Source of the DNA: Rhodothermales bacterium
GTDB taxonomy: Bacteria > Bacteroidota > Rhodothermia > Rhodothermales > UBA10348
Direction of reading: 5' to 3'
DNA length: 64,000 nucleotides
Assembly: GCA_965247125.1 (NCBI GenBank)
Contig: CBDFGO010000002.1
Span: 964,472-1,028,471, forward strand
Below the pieces are notes generated by a model. It did no database searches, was not told the origin of the DNA, and was given only the letters and a program-made list of their open reading frames with translations. Both the position numbers and the translations under genes were made by a program. Of this stretch, positions 20,742 to 30,742 are shown piece by piece. The first letter of the stretch is position 1; each line of letters begins with the position of its first letter.

Positions 20742-22084
20742 GCTTCAACCCCGACTTCTTCTTTTTCAGAAACGTTAGCCTCAGCTGCTACCGCTGACGC
20801 GGCTCCTGCGGAGGGCTCGACTTTCAGCAATTCTACTTTTTTTTCTTCGGCGGAGGCGCGTGAACGGTAGAGCAATTCATCGAGCGAAAACAGCACGGCT
20901 CCCATCCCCGCAAACACGATCAGAGCCGGCAGGGGCTGCCAGATTACGAGACCACCAATTGCGCCAAGCGCTCCACCGAGATATTTGATATAGTTGAGCT
21001 GCTCGTTGCTGGAGTTCTTTATCAGGTCCTCCAGCCGACTCTCATCGTACTCCATCATGTTGCTCATGACCATGTTGTACACGTCGAGATTCTCGACGAA
21101 TCCAAGTACAATTCGAGTGGCAAATTCTTCTATGTCTTCGGCGCGGGCCTCGATTTTTTCGGGAATCTTGTCGAGCAACTGGTCCATTTCGTCCAGCACG
21201 CCATCGAGCTGTCCCGGAATTCCGTGGATCGCCTTGTCGATACGTGCCTTGAAATCGTCTTCATTCAGGTAGCGATACGCCTTCAACGCCATTCCCCCCA
21301 CGCCTTCGCCTACATATGATTCGATCTTTTCGACCACATATTCGACGATTCTTTGTCGTACCTGATCGGAGGTGAGAACGGTCTCGACATAGTCAGCCGT
21401 CATCTTTTTCAGGTCCGAACGAAATTCCTGGTCTTCAAGCACTCCCCGGGTGACCGACATCGCCAATTCGCGGTACTTGGGGATGACATCGTTGTCCTTG
21501 ATTTTCTGCTTGATGATCTCCTCATTGATGAGCTCCTCGCTCACCGCCGTCGCCAGTCGGTAAATGACGCGCTCTCTCTGGGCAGGAATCAACCCCTGGC
21601 CAAAAACAGGACGAGCTTGGCGCGGATTGAACAACATGGTGATGGCAACCCAATTGGTTAGAAATCCAATCAATCCGCTCACCGCAACAATCCGCATCAG
21701 TCCTTCGAGGACGAACACGCGAGAGAAGAGTGTCGTCTGCATTCCCGGAAAGTCCCACATGAACGAAGCTCCAAAAAGCAGAAGGAGTGCCCAGGGAATG
21801 ATCTGCAGCAGAGGAAGCAGGTTGCTGTGTGACCCAGACATCGTGGGTATTTGCTTCTCGACATCACCTCTGGAAGGAGAGGAGGGCAGGTGTCTGCGGA
21901 TGTACTTAGCTACCAGTTTCCGAAAGTCCGCCGCTCGAGCACGAGTAACATTTTTGGCCTCTGTCACCGTGACGCCCGATGATTTCACCTTCGAGACAGG
22001 GGCACCCGAGTCGACTCCTTCCGTGAACCCATCGCCTTTTTCCGACGGGCTACTCGATTCTACTTTTGCTCCTTCGTCTTCCAC
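20738..22084 (-). CDS. DUF445-family membrane protein
   Basis: GLIGFLTNWVAITMLF, GLIP, EQLNYIKYLGGALG; start uncertain. Confidence 0.85.
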   Translation of the reverse strand: MEDEGAKVESSSPSEKGDGFTEGVDSGAPVSKVKSSGVTVTEAKNVTRARAADFRKLVAKYIRRHLPSSPSRGDVEKQIPTMSGSHSNLLPLLQIIPWALLLLFGASFMWDFPGMQTTLFSRVFVLEGLMRIVAVSGLIGFLTNWVAITMLFNPRQARPVFGQGLIPAQRERVIYRLATAVSEELINEEIIKQKIKDNDVIPKYRELAMSVTRGVLEDQEFRSDLKKMTADYVETVLTSDQVRQRIVEYVVEKIESYVGEGVGGMALKAYRYLNEDDFKARIDKAIHGIPGQLDGVLDEMDQLLDKIPEKIEARAEDIEEFATRIVLGFVENLDVYNMVMSNMMEYDESRLEDLIKNSSNEQLNYIKYLGGALGAIGGLVIWQPLPALIVFAGMGAVLFSLDELLYRSRASAEEKKVELLKVEPSAGAASAVAAEANVSEKEEVGVEA

Positions 22085-22137
22085 AGATCAACACTATTGG
22101 GTGATAAGATGGGTGATTCCTTCCTCCTGCCAGGGCG

Positions 22138-22701
22138 CTACTCGGACGTAGAAAACCCCAATCGGGTTGCATCCGCCTGCATTCCGGCAATCACATTCGC
22201 GATGTGCTGGGGCAGTTCAATCCCGAGATCTTCGGCTCCATTCCGAATATCATCCCGACTGACAGCGGCCGCAAACGCCTTGTCCTTGAGCTTCTTCGTG
22301 ACCGATTTCGGCTTCATTCCCTCGAGACCAGTAGGCCTCACATAACCTACAGCCGTGATAAAGCCCGCGAGTTCGTCAACTGCAAAAAGTGTCTTTGCCA
22401 TCAGCGACGTCCGCTCAACTCCCGTGTGATTTCCGTGTCCGAGGATGGCCTCGCAGATATCTTCTGGATATCCGAGCTCTCGAAGCACGGTGACCCCGAC
22501 ATATGGATGCTCATCCATCGTCTGATGTTTTTCGTAGTCCATATCATGCAGAAGCCCAGTAACACGCCATTTCAGTGTGTCTGCGTCATACTTTTTGGCG
22601 TAAAACGCCATCGCTGCCTCCACCGCGTACGCGTGTCGACGCAGACTGTCTGATTCGGTCCACTCGTGAAAAAGCTCCAGCGCTTCGGCATATGACTGCA
22701 T
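22138..22701 (-). CDS. HD/HDIG-domain phosphohydrolase
   Basis: LRRHAYAVE, GLLHDMDYE, AVDELAG, KKLKDKAFAAAVSR. Confidence 0.9.
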   Translation of the reverse strand: MQSYAEALELFHEWTESDSLRRHAYAVEAAMAFYAKKYDADTLKWRVTGLLHDMDYEKHQTMDEHPYVGVTVLRELGYPEDICEAILGHGNHTGVERTSLMAKTLFAVDELAGFITAVGYVRPTGLEGMKPKSVTKKLKDKAFAAAVSRDDIRNGAEDLGIELPQHIANVIAGMQADATRLGFSTSE

Positions 22702-22712
22702 ATTGGAATCTC

Positions 22713-23645
22713 TTAAAAAAGATCGACCAGCTTCATCTCCTTGAGATATTTGGCCGGATTGTTTTGAAAATCTGTCATGAGATTGTTGAGACCCGTCAAC
22801 GTTGAGTCCAGTTTGTTGTACAAGCTGGCGTCATTGATCAGCAAGCCCAACGTACCCTCACCGTCATTCAGCTTGCGAAGAAGAATACTCAGTTGGTCGT
22901 TGGTTTCGGCCAGGCTCTCAATTTCCACGTTCAGGTGATCCAACGTTTCGCTGACTCCTGTCAAGAGCTCTGATACGGCTGCTCCATCCTCTCCCACGGC
23001 CGTACTGATCCCGGCCGTCACTGACTCAACGTTCCCGAGAATTCGACCCAGGCGATCCCGTTCAGACTGTAGCAGATCTTCCAGCTCCGAAACACTCGTC
23101 AGCATGGCGTTGAGTGTCTTCCTGAAATCAGACTCAGGCTGGGATAACAAGTCTCCCGTCTCATCCAGAACAGTTTCGAGTCCAGCGAGCACCTTGTCCA
23201 CTTGATCTACGATCTCCGGCGCCCGGGCGCTCAGGCTCGCGAACAAATCTTCCGCCGCGCGGCCGTCTACCATTCCACCTTCTTCGATGATGGGCGCTGC
23301 GGGATCACCCAGAAATACGTCCAGGCGTACGACTCCGAGGGCATCGAATCCAGCGACCGATGCAGTGGCACCCTGCGTGATCTGAATCTCACGGTTTACA
23401 TGGAAGTGAACTCTCACACGCCCCGTTTCCGAATCGATAAAGACCGCATTGACCGAGCCGACCGTAACCCCGCGAACCCGTACAATATTACCGGCGATAA
23501 GACCCCCTGCATCATCGAATTCCGTCACCAGATCATACGTGGAGGTGAACAGAGGGAGATCTTCGAAGTACCGCACCCCGAAAATGAAAACGACGGCCGC
23601 CACGATGATGGTCAGCCCGACTTTGATTTCGTTGGAGAATTTCAC
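22713..23645 (-). CDS. mlaD: MCE/MlaD-family protein
   Basis: EIKVG N-terminal TM, MCE domain GL..GNIVRVRGVTVGSV, helical tail GEGTLGLLIND..LY. Confidence 0.88.
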   Translation of the reverse strand: MKFSNEIKVGLTIIVAAVVFIFGVRYFEDLPLFTSTYDLVTEFDDAGGLIAGNIVRVRGVTVGSVNAVFIDSETGRVRVHFHVNREIQITQGATASVAGFDALGVVRLDVFLGDPAAPIIEEGGMVDGRAAEDLFASLSARAPEIVDQVDKVLAGLETVLDETGDLLSQPESDFRKTLNAMLTSVSELEDLLQSERDRLGRILGNVESVTAGISTAVGEDGAAVSELLTGVSETLDHLNVEIESLAETNDQLSILLRKLNDGEGTLGLLINDASLYNKLDSTLTGLNNLMTDFQNNPAKYLKEMKLVDLF

Positions 23646-23683
23646 GTCTTGGAGGATGTTGATTCGCGGGTGGTATTCATTCG

Positions 23684-24424
23684 TCAGACACCAATTTTAT
23701 ACTCGTTCGCCTTTACAAAATCGTTGAGCACGGTGTCGGTGCTCGCGTGTAAATCGTCAATGCTTCCGGTCCAGTGCATTCGCCCCTCAAAAATAAAAGC
23801 AGCTCGGTCGGCGATACTCAACACGGAATGCATGTCGTGAGTTATAACGATGCTGGTGACGTTGAGCTGATCGGCCAGCCCTTTGATCAGAAGGTCGATC
23901 GTGTTGGATGTTTCGGGATCGAGCCCACTTGTGGGTTCGTCATACAGAATGTAACGAGGCTTGAGAGCCACCGCTCTGGCCAGAGCGACACGCTTTTGCA
24001 TCCCGCCGGAGAGCTCCGCGGGCATCTTGGAGCCAACGTCCGAAAGCTCGACCACGTGCAGACACTCATGCACCACTTTTTCAATTTCTGTCTCCGCCAT
24101 CTCGGTAAACGTTCGCAGTGGAAAAGCCACGTTGTCAAACGTATTCATCGAATCGAAGAGAGCGCCCCCCTGAAAAAGGACTCCAAAACTTTGTCGGACC
24201 CGACGAAGCTCAGTGTAGGAAATCGCATTGATGTCGATGCCGTCAACCGTTACGTGTCCCGAGTCGGGTTGAAGCAATCCGATGATGTGTTTCATCAGTA
24301 CACTCTTGCCTGAACCAGATCTTCCAATGATCGCCAGGGTTTCGCCTTCATAGATATCGAGCGAAACATCGTTCAGGACCAGCTTGTCGTCGAAGCTCTT
24401 GTCGATATTTTTAATACTGATCAT
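23684..24424 (-). CDS. mlaF: MlaF-like ABC ATP-binding protein
   Basis: GRSGSGKS, FQGGALFDS, LSGGMQKRVALARA, DEPTSGLDP. Confidence 0.92.
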   Translation of the reverse strand: MISIKNIDKSFDDKLVLNDVSLDIYEGETLAIIGRSGSGKSVLMKHIIGLLQPDSGHVTVDGIDINAISYTELRRVRQSFGVLFQGGALFDSMNTFDNVAFPLRTFTEMAETEIEKVVHECLHVVELSDVGSKMPAELSGGMQKRVALARAVALKPRYILYDEPTSGLDPETSNTIDLLIKGLADQLNVTSIVITHDMHSVLSIADRAAFIFEGRMHWTGSIDDLHASTDTVLNDFVKANEYKIGV

Positions 24425-24425
24425 A

Positions 24426-25190
24426 TCAGAGAAGGGTAGCCGCTAGAATCAAATCTGCGATCAGTAGAAACACGCAGCTGGCAACAGCAGCCTGCGTTGT
24501 GGCTCGTCCCACACCTTCTGCTCCTCCTTGCGTGAAGTAGCCCTTAAAGCATGAAATGGAGGTGATTATGAATCCGAACACCAGTGACTTGATCAGGCCA
24601 AATACTGGATCAAATGGTTGAAAAAATTCGCGGGCGCCGTCCATGAACTCTCCTATCGGCACAAATCCACCGTAATGACCCACGAGCATGCCTCCTCCGA
24701 TGCCCACAAAACAAGCGGCTACATAGAGGACAGGAAACATGACCACTCCAGCGATGACCCTGGGTAAAATGAGATAGCCGATCGAATTGAGACCCATCGC
24801 CTCAAGAGCATCGATTTGTTTTGTCACGCGCATGGTACCAAGTTCAGCCGCAATGCGTGCCCCGACACGGCCAGCCAAAATGAATCCGGTGACGACCGCT
24901 CCCAGCTCGAGAATCATCGAAGGCACCACGATGGAGCCGATGATGGTTTTAGGAATTAGAGGAGATACCAGTTGGTACGAGGTCTGGACGGTGGTTACTG
25001 CACCGGAAAAAGCCGCGGCGAGCATCACAATCGGCATCGATTCGATTCCGATGTGTACCATTTGCCGCCACAGATTGTCTCGATACGTGCTGAATTCCGG
25101 AAGCGCACCAAACGCGTGGAACAGCAACTTACTGTATCGTCCCAGGGCCCCCACGGGGACCATCATCATTTGAGTGGTGTAGTGCAGCAA
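24426..25190 (-). CDS. mlaE: MlaE-like ABC permease
   Basis: ILELG, AGRVGARIAAELGTMRVTKQIDALE, GGAEGVGRATT. Confidence 0.92.
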   Translation of the reverse strand: MLHYTTQMMMVPVGALGRYSKLLFHAFGALPEFSTYRDNLWRQMVHIGIESMPIVMLAAAFSGAVTTVQTSYQLVSPLIPKTIIGSIVVPSMILELGAVVTGFILAGRVGARIAAELGTMRVTKQIDALEAMGLNSIGYLILPRVIAGVVMFPVLYVAACFVGIGGGMLVGHYGGFVPIGEFMDGAREFFQPFDPVFGLIKSLVFGFIITSISCFKGYFTQGGAEGVGRATTQAAVASCVFLLIADLILAATLL

Positions 25191-25404
25191 GGAGTGGTAG
25201 AGGAGGGTTTGCTCCCTTCCATTTACGACGGTTTACGAGAGATTGTCGGTTTCATCTTCGGCAGTTGCGTCAAAGTACGTTCTCTCAATCAATTGGTGCC
25301 GTTGAAGGTCATTTTGTCACAGTGTTTTCATGGCTGGCAGGTAGGTACGTATTAAGCCGATCCGTGTCACACAGTTGTCACATGTCCCCTCTATATTTCG
25401 GCTG

Positions 25405-26796
25405 ATGGCTAAAGTGAAGTCCATATTTTTCTGCCAGGATTGCGGGAATGATTCTCCTCGTTGGATGGGTCAGTGTTCCGCCTGTGGCGCGTGGAACACG
25501 ATGGTGGAAGAGAGAACGACGTCTTCGCGACATCGCCTCGGTTCATCTAACGTTGGATCTTCTAGCAAAGGCTCTCTTCGTAGAGGAAATGGCTTTTCTG
25601 TAGAGCCCCTGAGGCTGAACGAGATTGAAAGTGGCTCAGAGACTCGCCTGAAAACAGGAAACGTCGAGATGGATCGGGTTCTCGGAGGCGGCATCGTGAA
25701 GGGCTCGGCCGTCCTGGTCGCCGGAGATCCTGGCATCGGCAAGAGTACGCTGATGACAGAGTTGGCGAGCCTTATCAAGGATCAGAAAATCCTGTATGTG
25801 ACTGGAGAGGAATCACCTTCTCAGGTTAAAATGCGGGTAGAGCGGATGGGGATTGAATCTAATGACTTTCTACTGCTGGCAGAGACCGATGTGGAATCAA
25901 TTATTCGCTGCGTTCAGGACGAAGAACCCGCTTTGTTGATCGTTGACTCTATTCAGACCGTTTTCAGATCTGATCTTGAAAGTGCGCCGGGCTCCGTGGC
26001 GCAGGTGCGTGAAAGCGCTGCAGCGCTGATTCAGATGGCCAAATCGACTGGAACGTCCACATTCATTGTGGGTCACGTCACAAAGTCAGGCACCATCGCC
26101 GGCCCCCGAGTTCTCGAGCACATGGTTGACACAGTCCTGTACCTGGAGGGGGATCAGCATCACGTTTATCGGATCCTGCGGGCAGTGAAGAATAGATTCG
26201 GCTCGACCAACGAGATCGGAGTGTTCGAGATGAGAACCATGGGGCTCGTCCCCGTCGAAAATCCGAGCGAACTATTTTTGTCAGATCGAAATATGCTCTC
26301 TCCGGGTTCGGTCGTCGCGTGCTCGATGGAAGGATCGCGGCCCATGCTTGCGGAAATACAGGCACTCGTGACCACGACGTCCTACAGCAATCCACAGCGT
26401 ACCACAACTGGATTTGATGCGAGACGACTCCAGATGTTATTGGCAGTCCTTGAGAAACGCCTTGGGCTCCCCCTCTCGGAATGCGACGTATTTATCAATG
26501 TAACTGGAGGGCTGAGACTCACTGAACCGGCAGCTGATCTCGCGATTGCTGCGGCCGTCACTTCCTCCTATCGGGAAATCCCTCTCCCCTCGCAGGCCAT
26601 GATTACGGGAGAAATTGGTTTGGGGGGTGAAATTCGGGCCGTTTCTCAACTGGAAACTCGGCTGGGTGAAACGTCTCGTCTGGGATTCACCCAAGCTTTT
26701 GTACCGAAACGTGGATTGAATCCAGAAACGGCCCCCAAAAAGCTTGAATGTGTTGGGCTCAGCACCCTCGATGATCTCGTAGATCTGTTATTCTGA
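25405..26796 (+). CDS. radA: DNA repair protein RadA/Sms
   Basis: CQDCG...CSACG zinc finger, GDPGIGKST, KNRFG, Lon-like C-terminus GEIGLGGE. Confidence 0.97.
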   Translation: MAKVKSIFFCQDCGNDSPRWMGQCSACGAWNTMVEERTTSSRHRLGSSNVGSSSKGSLRRGNGFSVEPLRLNEIESGSETRLKTGNVEMDRVLGGGIVKGSAVLVAGDPGIGKSTLMTELASLIKDQKILYVTGEESPSQVKMRVERMGIESNDFLLLAETDVESIIRCVQDEEPALLIVDSIQTVFRSDLESAPGSVAQVRESAAALIQMAKSTGTSTFIVGHVTKSGTIAGPRVLEHMVDTVLYLEGDQHHVYRILRAVKNRFGSTNEIGVFEMRTMGLVPVENPSELFLSDRNMLSPGSVVACSMEGSRPMLAEIQALVTTTSYSNPQRTTTGFDARRLQMLLAVLEKRLGLPLSECDVFINVTGGLRLTEPAADLAIAAAVTSSYREIPLPSQAMITGEIGLGGEIRAVSQLETRLGETSRLGFTQAFVPKRGLNPETAPKKLECVGLSTLDDLVDLLF

Positions 26797-26818
26797 GATC
26801 GCAGAGAATGGCTTGGGC

Positions 26819-27517
26819 CTAGTCGCGCGTCAGTACGTCAACTTCGCCATCTGATCTGCCCACCAGCACAGTGGTCGCCAGGCCCAGAAACAAGCCGTGA
26901 TCGACAACACCCGGGGTCATCAATAACCGCCGATTCACATGCTCGGGATCAGTGATTTCTTTGAACGTGGCGTCGATAATCCACATGCCCTGATCAGAGA
27001 CGACCGGACCGTCCTTTTTCAGCCCCATCCGGATCTCCGAATCGGCGCCGAGCGAGGACAGAACCTGCATCACCGGAACAGCGGCCATCGGAACCACTTC
27101 CACAGGAAGGGGCATACGGGTGCCCAACTTGTCCACCATCTTGCTTTCATCGACCAGCACAATGAACTTCGCGGCCTGCGCGGCCACAATTTTCTCGCGC
27201 GTTTGCGCGGCGCCACGGCCTTTGATCAGATTGGAATCGGGATCTACTTCATCCGCCCCATCAAAGGCCAAATCGAGCCGTGGTGATTCGTCGAGTGTGG
27301 TCAGCCGGATGCCGTGCTCACGCGCGAGACGCTCTGCGGAGAAGGAGGTCGCTACACCACTGATTTCGAGTCCTTCGTCTCGAACACGAAATCCCAGCTC
27401 TTCAATGGCCAGTGCAGCCGTAGATCCGGTTCCAATCCCGAGCTTCATTCCAGACTCAATCATGGATGCGACGTGTTTACCCACGGCGCGTTTCGCGGCC
27501 TTTTGTAATTCGGACAT
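26819..27517 (-). CDS. rpiA: Ribose-5-phosphate isomerase A
   Basis: GIGTGST, DGADEVD, KGRGAA..REK. Confidence 0.96.
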   Translation of the reverse strand: MSELQKAAKRAVGKHVASMIESGMKLGIGTGSTAALAIEELGFRVRDEGLEISGVATSFSAERLAREHGIRLTTLDESPRLDLAFDGADEVDPDSNLIKGRGAAQTREKIVAAQAAKFIVLVDESKMVDKLGTRMPLPVEVVPMAAVPVMQVLSSLGADSEIRMGLKKDGPVVSDQGMWIIDATFKEITDPEHVNRRLLMTPGVVDHGLFLGLATTVLVGRSDGEVDVLTRD

Positions 27518-27621
27518 GCGTGACCCGATTGTGGTGCTACGGCTGTTTCAATCGACGTAATCTACGTCGCCCCGTTCGAACCTTCCTGTCCTCAGGGAAA
27601 GCCTCGCCAAGATTGCCCAGA

Positions 27622-28851
27622 TTACTCGTAACGGAGAGATTCGATCGGGTTCAGGCGTGCGGCTTTAAACGCAGGATATCCACCGAATAGCAGGGCGATC
27701 CCGGTAACCATGATCACAGAGATAATGGCCCAATTGACTGGAAACGCTGCAGATATACCGAAGTAGAGCGCCAGACCATTCCCAACGAGGGCACCCAGCA
27801 TGATGCCGACAAAACCGCCAAGCTGGCAGAGGAAAAACGCCTCGAACAAAAACTGCCTGAGAATATCTTTTCGTCGAGCGCCAATAGACTTCCGAATACC
27901 GATCTCTCTGGTTCGTTCGGTTACCGAGACGAGCATGATGTTCATTATGCCTATGCCGGCTGCAAACAGGGATATCAGGCCAATACCCGCACCTCCCGCC
28001 GTGAGAGTCCCCGTAAAGGCCTCAAATATGGCCTGCATGGAATCGTTCGTCGATATCTCGAAATTATTTCCCTCGCCCGGCTCCACTTTTCGAATAACAC
28101 GCATCCTGCCTGTGACTTCATCGATCGCTGCATTGATCAGAACGGCATTGTGGACGCGAACGCTGATGTTAGCAATATTTCGGTGCGTGCCGCCGTAGAG
28201 CGTAAAGCCCCTGGTGATGGGGATGTAAATGCGATTATCCTGGGAGAAGCCCAGGAAATTTCCTTTGCTCTTGAGGACACCGATAACTTCGCAACGAGCA
28301 CCCGATGCTTTAATTACTTTCCCAATCGGATTTTCGGTAAGAAAAAGTTCATTGGAAACGTCAGTGCCCAGAACGCAGACGGGACGCGCATACTGGATGT
28401 CGTTCTGCGTGAAAAAGCGACCCAGATCCAGCTCGTAGGAAAGATTCCCGAGCATGTGTTCGTCCACTCCCATCACAAAAATGTTCGGTTCGGTCTCCCG
28501 ATCACTGTAGACCACCTTGCCCATCGTGAAGTCTTCCAACGTAGAAATGGTAACCGGAAGGGTCACCTGGGATTTAAGCCTTTGAATCTGTTCAAAAGTG
28601 ATGGCCGGGCGATTTCGAACGCTTCTGTCCGTGTTGCCGGTCTGAATCATGGGTGTTCGCGTGACCGAAAACGTTGAGGCGCCCAGGAACTGCAGTTTGT
28701 CCTTGAAATAGACGTCAATGACTTCCACGGCTGTGACCGAGACGATGATGGCAAAGACACCAATCACCATCCCGAGCAGGGTCAAGGACGATCTCATTTT
28801 GTGTGCACGAAGGGCATCTACCGCCATTCGCAGAGCTTCAATGATGCCCAT
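27622..28851 (-). CDS. ABC transporter permease, MacB/FtsX family
   Basis: RSSLTLLGMVIG, GIGIMNIMLVSVTERTREIGIRK, PIESLRYE. Confidence 0.92.
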   Translation of the reverse strand: MGIIEALRMAVDALRAHKMRSSLTLLGMVIGVFAIIVSVTAVEVIDVYFKDKLQFLGASTFSVTRTPMIQTGNTDRSVRNRPAITFEQIQRLKSQVTLPVTISTLEDFTMGKVVYSDRETEPNIFVMGVDEHMLGNLSYELDLGRFFTQNDIQYARPVCVLGTDVSNELFLTENPIGKVIKASGARCEVIGVLKSKGNFLGFSQDNRIYIPITRGFTLYGGTHRNIANISVRVHNAVLINAAIDEVTGRMRVIRKVEPGEGNNFEISTNDSMQAIFEAFTGTLTAGGAGIGLISLFAAGIGIMNIMLVSVTERTREIGIRKSIGARRKDILRQFLFEAFFLCQLGGFVGIMLGALVGNGLALYFGISAAFPVNWAIISVIMVTGIALLFGGYPAFKAARLNPIESLRYE

Positions 28852-28853
28852 TC

Positions 28854-30119
28854 TTACTCGTACCTCAATGCTTCAATAGGTGCAGATTTCGCGGCGGTCC
28901 AGGCCGGAGCAAGGCCGAAGACAACTCCAATAAAGACGCAGATTCCAAATGCCATCGCGACAGTGCCCATCCCAAGAACCGCCGGTAAGACGGCCGCTAT
29001 CAACATGGAGAGCGGAAAGGCAAGCCCCACACCGATCAGTCCGCCAACCATGCAGATGACAATGGCTTCGATCAGAAATTGCAACAGGATGGTTGCTCTT
29101 CGGGCGCCAACGGCTTTTCTGATTCCAATCTCGCGTGTCCGCTCTTTGACGGTTACGAACATGATGTTCATGACACCAATTCCTCCGACCAGGAGCGCCA
29201 GGGACGTCAGTCCAATTCCGATAGCGAAAATCGCGTTCTTTATCGGTTCGATGGTGGCGCGAAGCGTCTCCTGTTCATTGATCTCAAAATTGTCTTCTTC
29301 GCCCACTTTGAGTCGACGTGCCAGCCGAATTACTCCGCGAAGCTCATCTTTCGCGTCTACCAGCGCGATACCGCTCGAGACCTTGGCACGAACCGAGACG
29401 CTCCTCCAGCGGACACTGAACTGGTGTTTGAATGTGTTGAAGGGAATCTGAATCAACCAGTCCTCGGATGTGCCTCCTTCCTGGCCCTGTCCTTTTTTCG
29501 CCGTAACGCCGATCACTCTGTACTTGGAGCCAGAGATCTTCAGCTCTTTACCCAGTGGTGATCCATACGGGTACAGTTCCTCAGCAATCTTGGCCCCGAT
29601 GATCGCTACGTTTCTAGCACCCTGATCGTCAAAAGCGCTCAGAAAGTAGCCATCGGCCAGATCGACCTGATGCACATCCGGATAATTGGCCTGCACACCC
29701 ATAATCCGAGCGGGCGTGACTGACTCGGCAACAGATTTCACGGGCCGCGAAGTACTCACTACCGCCGTCGCAGCAGTAACTGTCCTGGAATGATCGTTGA
29801 TGGCTTCTGCCACATCAGCCGTGATATTCGGACGATTGATGTAGTTCCACCATTTGAATCCGGGGCCATTCACCCAGGGCCACTTCTCGATATAGATCAC
29901 ATCCGTACCAAGCGTGGCTATGTCATTTTCGAAACCCTGTTCGATTCCGTTGACAATGGTCGCCATTCCTGTAACCGAGACGATTCCGATAATGATGCCA
30001 AGCGTCGTAAGAACGGCGCGCATTTTATTGGTCCATACCGAGCGAAAGGCGATCAGCATGGATTCGAAGAACTCAAATGTGAAGCGACGCACGTTTTGGG
30101 AGGGTTGGTTAGCAGACAT
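28854..30119 (-). CDS. ABC transporter permease, MacB/FtsX family (tandem paralog)
   Basis: RAVLTTLGIIIG, GGIGVMNIMFVTVKERTREIGIRK, PIEALRYE. Confidence 0.92.
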   Translation of the reverse strand: MSANQPSQNVRRFTFEFFESMLIAFRSVWTNKMRAVLTTLGIIIGIVSVTGMATIVNGIEQGFENDIATLGTDVIYIEKWPWVNGPGFKWWNYINRPNITADVAEAINDHSRTVTAATAVVSTSRPVKSVAESVTPARIMGVQANYPDVHQVDLADGYFLSAFDDQGARNVAIIGAKIAEELYPYGSPLGKELKISGSKYRVIGVTAKKGQGQEGGTSEDWLIQIPFNTFKHQFSVRWRSVSVRAKVSSGIALVDAKDELRGVIRLARRLKVGEEDNFEINEQETLRATIEPIKNAIFAIGIGLTSLALLVGGIGVMNIMFVTVKERTREIGIRKAVGARRATILLQFLIEAIVICMVGGLIGVGLAFPLSMLIAAVLPAVLGMGTVAMAFGICVFIGVVFGLAPAWTAAKSAPIEALRYE

Positions 30120-30233
30120 CAGAATCCGACCGGTAAATGGCTACGAAGTCTGTTGCACAGTGTTGCGCGAATCGTCTCTATTCAGAGAGTATCCATAAAG
30201 CAGAACCGCTTTGGAATCTTCCACATCGTGCCT

Positions 30234-30731
30234 TCAGATCGTGGAAACGGGCCCCAGTTTGGACTCAAATCTGAGTCGGTACTCGCGATAGAGTGTGTTG
30301 TAATCCGATTTGACGAGTCGAAATTGGCGGGCGAGGGCCAAGATGGTCATTCCCGGGTGCAGATTAGGAAACGTATCGAAGGCAAAACGCCTGTACCCGC
30401 GTTCCTGAACGATGCGCATCATTTCGTCCATCAGGGCCAGCGCTATGCCCTTCCGGCGATATTCTGGCATAACGCCTCCCTTTGCGCTATAAAAAGTGAG
30501 TCTGTTTTCTCGGTAGCCGATTTTAAATCCAACGGGCTCGCCATGCAGTTCTGCCAGCAAAATGAGCAGATCATCACGCTCGAACGTATTGATCACCCGC
30601 TCCTCGCGAAAAATTACTTCGTTCATCTTTCGAATCGTGCCCAACTGCTCCTGATTGACTTCGCGAATAGTCAATCCTGGAATGTCCGGCACGTCAAGAT
30701 GCATCGGTGGTGTGTAATCAAATCGTTCCAT
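30234..30731 (-). CDS. GNAT-family N-acetyltransferase
   Basis: VGFKIGY, GGVMPEYRRKGIA acetyl-CoA motif A. Confidence 0.85.
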   Translation of the reverse strand: MERFDYTPPMHLDVPDIPGLTIREVNQEQLGTIRKMNEVIFREERVINTFERDDLLILLAELHGEPVGFKIGYRENRLTFYSAKGGVMPEYRRKGIALALMDEMMRIVQERGYRRFAFDTFPNLHPGMTILALARQFRLVKSDYNTLYREYRLRFESKLGPVSTI

Positions 30732-30742
30732 CTTCCCCCATA

